Below, piece by piece: positions 40,100 to 53,600 of a stretch of DNA of 64,000 nt. Under the pieces are notes generated by a model that ran no database searches, had not been told where the DNA came from, and saw only the letters and a program-made list of their open reading frames with translations. The first letter of the stretch is position 1, and every line of letters begins with the position of its first letter. A program made the translations under genes and the position numbers. Source of the stretch: Macrostomum lignano (Eukaryota); assembly GCA_002269645.1 (NCBI GenBank), contig NIVC01001746.1:62001-126000 (forward strand), in the 5' to 3' direction.

Positions 40100-41744
40100 T
40101 TAATCAAAAAGCGACATTCCCATATCGTCGTCGGACTCCTCGGAGCTTTCCTCCTTCTTTTCTTCTTTCTTAGCGGCGGCAGCGGCTGGGGCGGCGGCGG
40201 CAGCAGCCGGGGCAGCGGCAGCAAACTTGTCAGGATTTTTAATGAACTCCTTGACCTTATCGGCTAGCGGGAAATCGTAGTCAGTTTCCACGGCAACCGC
40301 TAGGCAACGCTTGAACGCGTTAACAATCGAATGCGGAGCGGAGGCCAGAGTTGGCGTGCCCAGCTGCAGGGACAGGGCAGCGATTCGGCGGCTGCCGGCC
40401 AAGAATCTGGCCACAATGTCCTCGTCGCGGATGTCAAGCACCTGCGGACCGAACACGCTGCCGTTGTCGTACACCTGACGGATCCTCAGGCCGTAAGAGA
40501 ACGGCGAGATCTTCAGCATGTTCAGCAGGGTGGCTTCAGACTGGCCGACCTAATAAAGTACATATCGTAAGGTTTATAACTTAAAGTATGTCAACTAATG
40601 CAACAAAGTTATTAGCATACTACTTATTAAGTAAGCTAGCGTAAAATAGGTTTCTTTAATTAATTTGATATTGTAATCTATAGTAAAACGAATAAATCTA
40701 GGAATTTTTTATACAATATCTGCTGCAGAATTTGCAAATTTCGAATGTTGCGGACGCATGAAACCGATTAACTCACGACAATTAACAGAAGATAAATCGG
40801 TGATTAAATTCCACATTGGTTAATTAATCTGCCTCCTGCTGATTGAGACTGCCAGGAATTACAAACAGTCCATTTTTGGCGTCTCTGCCCAGCAGGAGGG
40901 AAGTGCAAAGTCAGACGGACGAAACTCAGCCTAGGGGCAGGCCCAATCTAGCTCAGCCAATGAGAGAGCAGTAAGGAGAGAGTGCAAAGTCAGACGGACG
41001 AAACTCAGCCTAGGGGGTAGGCCCAATCTAGCACAGCCAATGAGAGAGCAGTAAGGAGAGGTCAAAGTCAGACACAAGCGGGCAAGATGAAAACCAAACT
41101 TTTTATCGGCCTGGCAAGGGTCTCGCGTATGCCCACAAACTGAGATTGAGGTGCAGCTTACAACAAAAAAAGCCAATTTTACTACTGTAAAAAGAGTAAG
41201 TAGGTAAGGGCATTTTTGCGAGGGGCATCAATCAATAAAAAATTACCTTCGTATTCTTCTTAATCAGCGGCACGTCAGACAAGATTTCAATAGTGCCGCG
41301 AGTAATCTTAGTCTGGATGTTCAAGGCCTGAAAGAAGCTGGTCTTCTCCGGTCCCAGGCCGGTGTTCTGAGCTGGCACAACTACATCGCAGGGGGCGATG
41401 GAGCCGGCCCTGGCCGGGGCGGCAACCTGGTTAGCTTCGATCTTTGTGCGCACATCGTTCAGATCCAAGTTGGTGAACACGAAGCCAACATTGAGTCGGA
41501 CGTGAGGCAGCAGCTTCTCCAGAGTGGGATGATCGTCTAGCATGGCTCGGACCACTTTCCTGATCATAGTGTTTTTGCCAATAAGGATCACCGCTTCGTT
41601 TCTCATCGACTGTCGGATCTGCTGCATCTGTTTGGAGCCGACATTGTCCACGCTAACAATGAAAGCCTTGGAGTACTCGTTCAATAGGGTAGTCAGCTTA
41701 TCGAAGAAGCCCTCCTTCCACTTGCGCTTGTCTCCCTTGACCAT
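40100..41744 (-). CDS. RPLP0: 60S acidic ribosomal protein P0 (uL10), 315 aa, 2 coding exons
   Basis: Exons 41744-41247 and 40549-40100. Motifs [41 protein letters not shown], and a C-terminal [16 protein letters not shown]. Confidence 0.98.
40743..40900 (-). ncRNA. H/ACA snoRNA (family A), copy 4, inside the RPLP0 intron
   Basis: Same architecture, sense to the host gene. The U-G wobble in the HP2 stem is valid only on the minus strand. Confidence 0.85.
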
Positions 41745-42277
41745 CCTTGTGCGCTCAGGGGTTGTTGTTGCTTAGGTGTTGACAAATAAAATTCAAACAG
41801 TTTAAAGACAAGCGACTGCGCGGGGGGTCTGGGTGTTGTTTACTGGAATAGGACAGAGAGTGCAACAGGTTATTCTGCACAGTTAGCAACTCAACTTTAA
41901 TAATTAAAGAACAATAGCTGCAATGATAGGGACATAGGGTTAGCTAGGAGGCTATATAATAAAAAACAACCACCTGAATGTTTTCTATTCCTACTTAAGA
42001 ATAACAAGCAATTATACAGAGAATTTTAATATTTCCAACAAAAAATCAATAAATGCAAATTTAAAAATGCATTTGTCCTAATGTCCTAGTCACTTAACCA
42101 ATATGCATACAAAAGGCAAAGTTTAAAAAAGTTTTTTTGTAAAAAATAACTTTGTAATGCAATTTAGCAATTACATAGATTAAAAGCAAAAATAAACTAG
42201 AAACATGCTTGGGTGCGACCTATGAATTCACGTTGCTATTTGCTTCAAAATTTATGCAAAAAGACTATATAAATTAG

Positions 42278-42445
42278 GGGGCCATAGCCCAGCGGTAGCG
42301 CAGCTGCTCTGGTGTGCCAGCAACCCAGGCTTGATTCCAAGTGCAGTCACATTAATTTGGGACTGAATTGGAATCCTAGCTTGGCTCTGCTCATGCAATT
42401 AATGGCCTTGAGAGCCAACCCCCAAGGCGCAGTGAAGTGTACATG
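42278..42445 (+). mobile_element. tRNA-derived SINE-like fragment
   Basis: Starts GGGGCC with A-box TAGCCCAGCGG and a degenerate B-box GGCTTGATTCC. No acceptor-stem closure. Confidence 0.45.
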
Positions 42446-43182
42446 CCTAACAATAATATAAAGCTAGGGCTATGTGAGTGTATGCCTGCATACATATTTG
42501 CGCACTTGTATGCCTGCTCAGAGGAGTTGGCAGAGTGGGCAGTAATGCCTCTCGCTGGTTGTGCCCATGTTGCTTAAATTGAGCCAGGGTGCACACAACC
42601 CCCCTGCCTTTAATAATAAAAAAACTATATAAATTACTATTATTACTCATTACTTCTAGCTTTTGCCTTGAAACTTAACAAAAGAACAATAAAGATATTT
42701 TCTATCTAATGCATTAAGGATAAAGCTTAAAAAACTAAATTTACAAATTTTAATTGTATAGATTGCATGTATAATGGATTTTTTTTAATTTGTAACAGCT
42801 TTGATATTATAAGCATGTATCAGAAAAATAAAACATGATAGCCATAGACTTAAAAATGATAATATCTGCCTCTAAAACAATTAAATTGATTTTGTTTAAT
42901 TTAAATCTATTATTCTCTTTACCAATATAAAACTTGATATATTTAATATAACAAAGTTTTTCTTACTATTTAGTAATTATAAATTAGATCATGATTAATC
43001 AAGCTACAGTTTATTTATTAGGTAAAACAGTTGCTTTTTTCTAAAAAAAACTTTGCATTGATAACATCTTTATGTTTTTTTAGCATATATTTTTTTCTTT
43101 AAACAATAGTAACAGGGTTTAATTTTATACATAATACATTTATATTATATATAATATATTTAAATGTAATGTATAATTATAA

Positions 43183-45608
43183 TGTGCTGTTGAAACCTGC
43201 AGATTTTGAACCCATAAAATTCCAATCCCTGGAACTATTTTTGCATGTATTTTACCATTTGAAGTCATACTCAAACAAAAAGTTGTTAATAGTTAGGATA
43301 GAGATAAAAAAATGGAGTAAATTTGTATAAAGTTAAGATTTAAGGCAAATTATCTTGCTAGCTGGGGTGCTGTGCAGAATTTCAGGCAATGTCTGTCTAA
43401 CTCTTAAACATGTATTGGCAAACTTTGGCTGCTGCCTCTGCCTCTCCCTACATCCCTTGGATCCTTTGAAACTTCTATCTTCTTTTCTTGTTTCTTCTCT
43501 CTTATCTCTTGTCTCTCCTCTCATCTCTTCTTTCCTCTCTCCTCTCCCCTCTCCTTTCTACTCTTTTCTCTTTCCTCTCCTCTCTTCTCTCATATTTCCT
43601 TTGTCTTCTTTTAACTCTTCTCATTTCTCTATCTCCATCTCTTTCTCTCTCTGCTTTCTCATCCTTTCCCTTTCCATCTGCTCTCTCCTTTCTTATCTCT
43701 CTTTACTGCCCTCACAAAGAGTAAATCTACTCAAAGTATTGGCAAATCTAAATTTAATTGACTTGTATCAGTCTTTTTTACCAAGTCAGAGCCTGAGATT
43801 GGAGGTGCCCTCCTCTCTCCCTCTTTCTTACATGTATCTCTCCTATCATTTCTTTGCTCTCTCTTCTGACATCTCTTTTCTCCGCTCTCTTGTCTCACTT
43901 CTCTCTCCCTTTGTCTCTGCTCTCACCTCTTATATCTGTAATATCATCTCTTTTACCTCTTATCTCTCCTCTATTCTCTCTACTCCCCCTCTCTTATCTG
44001 TAATCTTTACTTTCTTATATGTTTTTTTACCTCTCTCTGTACTCTTTCCTTCCCCTCTTTTAACCTTTCTCTTTTCTTTCTCTTCCTTCTTCTATACTCT
44101 CTCATCTCTCCCTCTCTTGTCTCTTGTCTTCTCTTGCCACTTTTTTTCTCCTCCTTTATCTCTCATCATTTTTTAACTCTCCTTTCTTTCTTATCTCTTT
44201 TTCTTATTTATTTTCCCTTTACTCTCCCCCCTTATCTCTCTCTTCTCTCCTTTCATCTGCAGCTCTCTGCTCTTTTATCTCTATTCTCTTCTTCCTCCTT
44301 TCTCCCTTTCTTCTCTTACCCTCTCCGTTTCTCTCCCCCCCAATCTCTCCTATTATCTTCTATCTTTTCTTTTATCCCCTCTCTTGCCTTTCCCTCCTTT
44401 TTAATCATCTCTCATCTTTCCACTCATCTCTTATCTGCCCCTTAGCCATGAGCTAGATTCTTTATCTGGCCTTTGATGTAAAAGTCTGCCTATCCCTGCT
44501 TAAAGAGCCAGCTTGTGGGACGTAGTACTCTCACGCTTGTTTTCATGCCTTGATCATGTCATCTTTCTTGTCAATTAGCAACCCTGAAAGGAACTTGTGT
44601 ATCTTCAGCTTCACTATAGTCTACATCAGTCCAACAACCAAGGAAACAAGGAGGCCATTTAAATTTAAAGTACCTTTAGGAGAAGCTTAAAATTTCCATT
44701 GTGTGACTAATTAAGTAAGGTTGTATTGCATTGCATTACCATTTCATAAATTTTCACTTTTACAAACCATGCTAGATACATTGCTTTGATTTACCAATTG
44801 CTATCCAACTGCTGCAGTTTGCCTATACAGAGGGCAATGGTTAGAATTTCTCACTTAACTATTATGGCTAAACGTAGCCTTTCCACAAGGGTGCAGAGAA
44901 GGCAAATAAAGTTATTCTAAAACACTGTACATTTGCTATGTACACTTAGCCCTATTGCCTGACCCTTTGTGTGTGGCTTTGAGGGAATGAGTTAGTGAGA
45001 ATGGCCTAAAACCTGAAAAAGCAAACAAACTCCACATGCTTATAGTTTCTATCCTGATTGAGTTACAGAGTTTTGATTTTACATTTAGAGAGAGAATGAG
45101 TCAATGAAGACTTGTGTCAAGTTTGAAGTCAATCACTTTATAGGAGCAAACTTATGGCAGCCGAAAGTTAGTCAATTTTAAAACCCCTTCTATACATCTG
45201 GGCTACCCAGATTGGAAAAGAGAGGCAAGCAGGTAAAGGCTAGGGTGGCTGTCTTGCTGAAAAAACTGCCTAACTTTAAAAGTGCACAGTGCCTTTCAGG
45301 ATTACCTTTAAGACTGGAAATTTTACACAATTGTGTCAAAATAGTTGAAGATTGATTGTGTCAAATTTGAAGATGATTGGTAAAAGTAGAATGGCACTAT
45401 GAAGGATTAGGTGAAAACAATTGCTCATTTTGACCAGCTTTTTGCACTTTAAGGTAGGAAGACTCATATTTAAGAAATTTAAAGGTAGACTAAGACATTC
45501 TCTATAATGAGTTTAGGGTGGGTGCAAAATTTGGTGTAATTTGGTTGAGCAATTTAGGAGTCCATAGTGAATGAAATTGTCCACAGACAGATAGACAGAC
45601 ACACACAG

Positions 45609-45654
<46 letters not shown>

Positions 45655-45686
45655 AGAGAGAAAGTTTTGATTTTTATATGTACAGA
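43183..45686 (-). mobile_element. Non-autonomous Helitron copy 3 (older, more diverged)
   Basis: Colinear homology to copies 1/2 from gctgttgaaacc to gtacaga|t, with an internal CT tract and a terminal (AC)n. The 3' CTTG is degenerate. Confidence 0.75.
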
Positions 45687-45821
45687 TGATATATATACTT
45701 AAAAATTGTTATTCTATTGTTAGAAAATATCAATGATATTTACAAGAATAATAGGAAAACAAAGAATATCAGTTTGTACTAAAGAACAACCATTTAGAGT
45801 TTAATAAAACTCTTATGTCTA

Positions 45822-46835
45822 CCATAGTCCAGATCATGTCATTTACACCAGAGATCTCTGGCGTAAATCTGGTTTGGGATTGGAGGCTGGCATAAGTGCT
45901 TGGCGTAAGTATAGGCCAAAATGTGCCTTGGCACAAGTGCTTGGCATAAGTACATGGCATAAATCAAGTGGTGTAAATGTTGGCACAAATGAGATCATTC
46001 ACGATCAAATGTATCACTATAGAACATTACACATTAGCGTTAATTATGATGTTAAAGAGCAGCATTAAAACAAAGTTCATTAAAATATTGCAGTTTGTAT
46101 AAATGAGATAGCAGAATATCTATTGTAGGATAGCAAAAGTTTTTTTAGCTTCAAGATACTTACTTTGATTCTTGATTGAAGTTGCAACTTCTGAATTTAA
46201 TTAATCACTGATTAATTGTAAATCATCTATTCTATTCTATTCACAAGAATTGTGAAGGACCTTTTTTGGGTGGCGTTAGTCAGAGGGACCTTTTTTGGTT
46301 GGCGTAAGTCTGGCGTAAGCCATAGTTGGGAAGGTGGCACAGTGTGCGCTAGAACTATTTTGATGGCTTTGAACACTGTGCGCCTTGCGCCATGAAGAAA
46401 AGATTTTGTGTGCCATAGCGCGCCATAATAAGGTAAGTCTAAGGTAAGGTAAGGTAAGATAAGGTATTTATTCTACCATAAGGAATTTACAGTAGACAAA
46501 TTTGAATTTCATTTACGTATTTTATATTGTGATTTATGTAATTTACGTAATTTACATAATTTTATTTTACGAATTATGGAATTAGGCCTAACACTATATA
46601 TTTTGCAAAGTATAAAGAAGTGTAACTATATACTTTTTAGCGCCATGCGCCATGTGCGCCACCAGAGCATTTCCAATTTTTCCTTGTACACTGTGTGTGC
46701 CATGTGTGCCAAAAAAAGGGCCAATTTGTGCCGGAAAATTCACCAAAAACTGCCACCTTCCCAGCTATGGGGCGTAAGTGCCAAAAAATGTTGGATTTTT
46801 CTTCCAGCGTAAGTCCAGCATGATCCGGACTATGG
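45822..46835. mobile_element. Non-autonomous TIR DNA transposon with an 8-bp TSD (hAT/P-like)
   Basis: TIR CCATAGTCC(A/G)GATCATG; TSD TATGTCTA on both sides; internal GGCGTAAG/GGCATAAG motifs. Confidence 0.85.
46320..46770. mobile_element. Nested MITE with an 8-bp TSD inside the element above
   Basis: TIR CCATAG(T/C)TGGGAAGGTGGCA; TSD GGCGTAAG on both sides. Confidence 0.85.
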
Positions 46836-48711
46836 TATGTCTATTCCTAAAAAAATTTATTCTTTGAAAAAATTGTCTATAAACAACTTATAGCTTAAAG
46901 ATTTTTAACTTTACATAATTATGGCCATTATTATGGATAGGCCTAGTGTTGGGCACAGATTGGCTTCAAGAAATGTAGACATAGTTGGACTTAGAGCTTT
47001 TGGCCATAGATCATTTTTTAGCATGGTACTATTAAGTTTTATGTTACAATATTGATTGATTAAAGCTTGAAAAAACATATTAAGAAAGAATCTAGAAGAT
47101 CACCATAACTGCATAATATTATTATATAGGATATAGGCCTTAGTCATAGTCACAAATAGTCATGTTATTGGAAATCTTAAACTTCTTTTTTGTTTGATAT
47201 TTTAAAGCCAAGATTGTTTAGGCTAATATTTATAAAATAGCCAAGAATACAAGATCTTAACAATTAAGATTGAGATCTTGTCCAACCCCTAAGTCTGGCA
47301 CATCGGCATTGTCTGGAGTGGGGTTCAGATCTCACTTACACTGCAATGCAGCAGCAATAGGCCCCTACTAATAGGGTCTGGCCTCTCCTTGACCTTGAGC
47401 CCCCGAGGCTATATTGCACTAGGCCTACCACCAAGCTGATCCATGAGAGAACAAATGCATGAAAGAGCCATTGGTTGCAATGGTGAATAGGGTATAGTTG
47501 TCTAATTGCTTCTTATGCCCATGCCTTGCGCGAGTTTGATTTTAGATGCACTACTCCACTAGCCATTGTTAGCATAAATAGTAGAGCATGAGCATGATGC
47601 AAAGGAAAAAAATTCTAAAACCTTATACTTGTTCTTAAAACTTTCTTTGGTAAAAACAAAATACAAAATGGAGTAAAATAAAATAAAGTAATAAATCAAA
47701 AAAGACAACGAGCATAAAAAATTGCAAGATAAGACCAGAAAACTGAGTGCAGCGTATTTTTCATTTGAATCTACAAAAAAGGTTGTCAAAAATAGTTAAA
47801 TACTGCTAGCGGTACAATAAATGGTAAAATTGTATATACAAATGAGATAAAGACATACCAAAATCTTGTATTAGATTTTTAAGTTTAGTACTTTTGTTAT
47901 GCCATGTGGCTATAAAATAAATTCACGCCGGAAATCGGTTTATTATAATTTTTATCCCTAGACTAAATTTTTGTTTTTGCCATGTTAAGAAGCAATTTCG
48001 TAAACAACGTTCGCGATAACAAAGAAATTTTAGCTGCGCAGTGGAATTTAGTTGCCCGCGGTACCACAACAGGGTCATACAGCGCTCAGGAGTTCTCCCA
48101 GCTGAACAGGTTTTGTAGGGGGTACTTGGCGTGTCGGTAATAAGCGGCTAAATATGCTATTGCAATACGGTTCTATATGCTTTCCTCATCTTCAAATTCT
48201 TAACAAAAACAATGGCTTTTTTCAAGTCTTGGCTTAATATCTTATTTCAATCTCGTTATTTATCGTTATTCTTATTCGCGATCATTTTAAAACTAGTTGT
48301 GGCGATTAAAGGCAGACTCGGGATCAAATGACGAAGGCGAACACAACAGAGGCAAATTTTGTAGCGGTAGCACTCGATGATAGTGACGAATGATCGGGCG
48401 ATCGATGGCCGCAGTTCTCATTTATTGTACCCGTATGAGTGGATTATAGTTATAGGCTCGTTAGTTATCAATGCCGTCTTTGTAGTTAATATAGAGATGG
48501 GCCTGAGTATTTTGCTGAATCCGTAAGGAATGCACATGGCGGCTGCGCAACAATAAGATAGATTATAGAGCGAGTTGATGAGCCTGAGGCAAAGGCGATG
48601 ATGTAATGGCAGTGATCGTAGGTGGCGGCACTCGTAGCGATCGAACCCCGTACGAACGGTAGCGGTGGCGTGATCGAGAATTGGCAGAGGCGTGGCTTAG
48701 AACTGTGGCGG

Positions 48712-48919
<208 letters not shown>

Positions 48920-50601
48920 AGCAGCAAGAGAGAGAAAGGAAAAGGCGGGCTAAACCCCGGGCGCCCCAGCCAGACAGGACTGATAACGAGCGGGCTGGGG
49001 GTGGGTGCACGACAATAGCTTAATTTCAGGCTAGCATAATATATGCGCGGCTTTCTTATTGGCCGGCGCGAAAACCAACTTGGAAACAGAAATTATCGAT
49101 CGCATTGTACATTGGCTTTACAAACGTCACGCAATGTTGTTTAAAATTCCTTGGGCATTACTATAAGCAGACGTTAGAGTACGAGACCATCAAATTAACA
49201 ATATTATAGAATGGCACTGCTTTCGCTAAAACGACCCTTGTCGGGGCCACCTCAACTGACAACGTCACGTGGGTCTTCGTCATTTTCACAACAACTATTA
49301 AGACGAAAAATAATCTCAAATATATAGTTCTTACTGGCCAAACAGGCTGTTTGCCTGAGCTAATTTACAACTACTAATACTACTAGCTAAGAGTTCGAGC
49401 GCAACGCAATAGCAAGAAAGTCTAGGGATTATTTTTGGTGCGAAAGTTTGGATGCCTGCATGCCAGTTTCATGTGAACAGCGAGATCGGACCCGGCCGTT
49501 GAGTCATTCGGCTCCACCAGTGTTGCAGCAGTGTTGATGTCGCAGATCTTGGGCGCTGATCTCAGCAGTTTTCGTGAGAACCAGACGTTCTTAGTGCAAG
49601 CGAATTTCAGCCGGCTGAACTTTTTAAACTTCCACTTGTGCAAAAAATTAAGCGTGGGAAGCAAATCAACTCCTGCTGAACTGGTCTTGCTGTTCTGGGC
49701 TGATCGGCTGATTGTAGTGTGCGTACTGCTGAGATCGTTGTAAACTTACCAGATCTGCGCGACTTGCTACATCGTACAAGATCTTATCTTTTATTTCTTT
49801 TTATAGCTTCGAATCGCATATTTTCTTAGATTTATAGTCCCATCTTGTCAAAAAATAAAATATAGTTCAGTTAGAACACTTTAGCCAAATAAATAGCAAA
49901 ACAAATGTACCTCCATCTTAGAAGATCCTGCAAGAACCGAGCAGATTGAGAAGATCTGCTAAGAATGGCACAGAGACAAGATCTGCTAAGTTTGAGAAAC
50001 AGAATGTCCTCTAGGGCGGTGCCGTCCAGCCTCGACCAGGTGACACGACCAGGTGACACGTCCAGGTTCCCTAGCCTATCCCCGTTCCTAAATTTATGAG
50101 CATTTTCTTATGGCTCATAGGTTCATACTGTAAATTATCTTTTACAGTATGAACCTACTGTAAATGGTGTCTTTCGCCTTCTCCTAGCTCTGTAAAGAGT
50201 TTGCAATTACTGTACAAGTATTATTTTCTTTCTGACAGCTAGTATCCGTGTTGCAGTGTCTCAGTGGCCCACCAGTGTGTCTCACGATCAGTGTCTCAGC
50301 GTCTCAAAACCTACTGTATGAACCTACTGTAAATTTTCTTTCCCTGAATCATGCAATTTCAGGAAGAATCAATTAGAATCAATTAGTTTCTAAGCCCATA
50401 TCGCGTCTCTCAAAAGTATAGTTTATGGCCTCGACATCATGCCAAATTTAATGGTGAGAGAGCCTCATGGAGATCTCTCGGCATGTTCATCGAGAGATAA
50501 TGCTTTCAGATAATCTCTGACTAAGCCTATATAGGAATTGTCACGAACTAATTCGATCAACTTGCTGCTGATTGAGTCCGCGGACGCACCCACCCGTCAG
50601 G

Positions 50602-53600
50602 ATGCAGTCCATGAACAGGCCTGGACTGCACAAGACGGGCAGGCAGATGCTGGAGAATAAACGAGCCACTTCATCGCCTCTGGTAGCCATAATTAAACTA
50701 TTTGTGGCCTGCTATACGGCTATTCTAAACTTCATGCACTGGGCGAAGATGCTGCGTTCCGGGGTGAAACCGCTTAACGAGCTCACACTTGAAGGACTGT
50801 ACATGAAGGAGGTGGAGATATTCTACTTTGACTTCTTCGAGTACAAGGTTAGTGAGCTATTCTTGTATTGGGTTGTTTATGGTAGACTTAGCTATGTAAG
50901 TCAGATATTCGGAGACCAAGACTCTTAGTCGACACTGAGATACTGAGACACTGGGACACTGGGTCACTGAGATATTGAGACGCTGAGACACTGATCGTGA
51001 GATACTGATCATGGGGCACTGGGCCACTGAGACACTGATACTGACCGTCAGAAAGAAAATAATACTTGTAATTGCACCCCCTTTACAGAGCTGGGAGAAG
51101 GCAAAAGACACCATTCGCAGCCTAATCGCTTCATTTGTCCTTAGCTTGGTCTTCTACCTCATGGCCACCTACCTCATGGATCTTGACCTGCGGGTTCGCG
51201 TGATTGTCACCTGCATAATTAGTACCGTGCTAACTCTGCTGCTTTCCTACTCGTCAGCAACCAGAGCCGTCACCTTTCTAATGATTCCGTCAATGGCTAG
51301 GGGGGCCCTGCGCAACGCGCTGCTAATTGGCTGTCTGGTTTTGCTCGCTTCCGGTCCGGCAACCAATCTGAGAAGCAACATGGACTCGATTTCTGCCTCA
51401 AAAGTATGCATTTAAGCTCCATTCGTAATTTTATTGCGGTTGGGTGTAGTTTGACCCGAAATACGCGATAAGCATCGGGGACTGGGGGTGAATAAATGAG
51501 GGGTGGGGGTTGGGGCCAAAACACGCGATAAGCATCGGGGACTGGGGGTGAATGAATGAGGGGTGGGGGTTGGGGCCAAAACACGCGATAAGCATCGGGG
51601 ACTGGGGGTGAATGAATGAGGGGTGGGGGTTGGGGCCAAAACACGCGATAAGCATCGGGGACTGGGGGTGAATAAATGAGGGGTGGATGTTGGGGCCAAA
51701 ACACGCGATAAGCATCGGGGACTGGGGGTGAATAAATGAGGGGTGGATGTTGGGGCCAAAACACGCGATAAGCATCGGGGACTGGGGGTGAATAAATGAG
51801 GGGTGGAGGTTGGGGCCAAAACACGCGATAAGCATCGGTGACTGGGGTTGAGAAAAAGCACATTCTGAGCCAGTGTCTATCGCTAAAAGGCACTGTTACT
51901 TCAATGTACTTTTCAAACTTTTCAAACTTTCACAGTCTTGTCTGCATGAGCAATTTTTCGACATTGTGAGCGTGGTCAAATCGCTTCACGGCAAAAACGT
52001 GGTTAGCCTGTTTCTCATCCCGGTCCGTCTATTGATATCTGCTATGCAGCTGGTGGCCGAAATATTCTATCGAATTGTACACTCAATCTACATTTCCTTG
52101 GACAAGCTTGGTAAAGCTTTGGGGCGACTTTTAAAGAAAGTAGGAAAAATGTTAGGCAAATTGCGACCAAGGGTGAGTTTTTACGGCTCCTGTGCCAGGT
52201 TAACTCGCGTTCTGGCTAAAAAATATCGTCGGCATCGCGTCCTTGGTGGCTTAGTGCAGATGGTCAGCTCGCTGGTGAATTTAGTGCGCTCTATCACGGG
52301 CACTACTCCGATAGCCAAGCCTACTATTGGTTACTTTATCCACGATATTGGAACGAGTAAAATCTGTCCACTGCTAGCCAAAGCTAGAGCCATCATTGAA
52401 GGTTTGTTTATGCATGCTTGCATACAGTTGCAACTCCTGTGTACCATTTACCTGTCAGATCCGGTTATGCTGTCTCTAGAGCTGTGATTGGTGGAGTCAA
52501 CTTCGGTTATGCTGTCTCTAGAGCTGTGATTGGTGGAGTCAACTTCGGTTATGCTGTCTCTAGAGTCTCTAGAGCTGTGATTGGTGGAGCAAAATTCGGT
52601 TATGCTGTCTCTAGAGCTGTGATTGGTGGAGTCAACTTCGGTTATGCTGTCTCTAGAGCTGTGATTGGTGGAGTCAACTTCGGTTATGCTGTCTCTAGAG
52701 TCTCTAGAGCTGTGATTGGTGGAGCAAAATTCGGTTATGCTGTCTCTAGAGCTGTGATTGGTGGAGTCAACTTCGGTTATGCTGTCTCAAGAGTCTCTAG
52801 AGCTGTGATTGGTGGAGTCAACTTCGGTTATGCTGTCTCTAGAGCTGTGATTGGTGGAGTCAACTTCGGTTATACTGTCTCTAGAGCTGTGATTGGTGGA
52901 GTCAACTTCGGTTATGCTGTCTCTGGAGCTGTGATTGGTGGAGTCAACTTCGGTTATGCTGTCTCTAGAGCTGTGATTGGTGGAGTCAACTTCGGATATG
53001 CTGTCTCAAGAGTCTCTAGAGCTGTGATTGGTGGAGCAAAATTCGGTTATGCTGTCTCTGGAGCTGTGATTGGTGGAGTCAACTTCGGTTATGCTGTCTC
53101 TAGAGTCTCTAGAGCTGTGATTGGTGGAGCAAAATTCGGTTATACTGTCTCTAGAGTCTCTAGAGCTGTGATTGGTGGAGCAAAATTCGGTTATGCTGTC
53201 TCTAGAGCTGTGATTGGTGGAGCAAAATTCGGTTATGCTGTCTCTAGAGCTGTGATTGGTGGAGCAAAATTCGGTTATGCTGTCTCTAGAGCTGTGATTG
53301 GTGGAGCAAAATTCGGTTATGCTGTCTCTAGAGATGTGATTGGTGGAGCAAAATTCGGTTATGCTGTCTCTAGAGATGTGATTGGTGGAGCAAAATTCGG
53401 TTATGCTGTCTCTGGAGCTGTGATTGGTGGAGTCAACTTCGGTTATGCTGTCTCTAGAGCTGTGATTGGTGGAGTCAACTTCGGTTGTGCTGTCTCTAGA
53501 GTCTCTAGAGCTGTGATTGGTGGAGCAAAATTCGGTTATGCTGTCTCTAGAGCTGTGATTGGTGGAGCAAAATTCGGTTATGCTGTCTCTAGAGATGTGA

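Noticed and set aside
42278-42350. tRNA gene
   Set aside because: The B-box is degenerate and there is no cloverleaf or acceptor stem; treated as SINE-like.
49422-50059. Short ORFs on both strands upstream of the DCST gene
   Set aside because: No recognisable domain and no consistent splice chain.
52173-52198. 26-nt micro-intron in DCST exon 3 (gtgagt...ccag)
   Set aside because: Removing it shifts the frame into a stop; retaining it keeps the frame to the 52401 donor.
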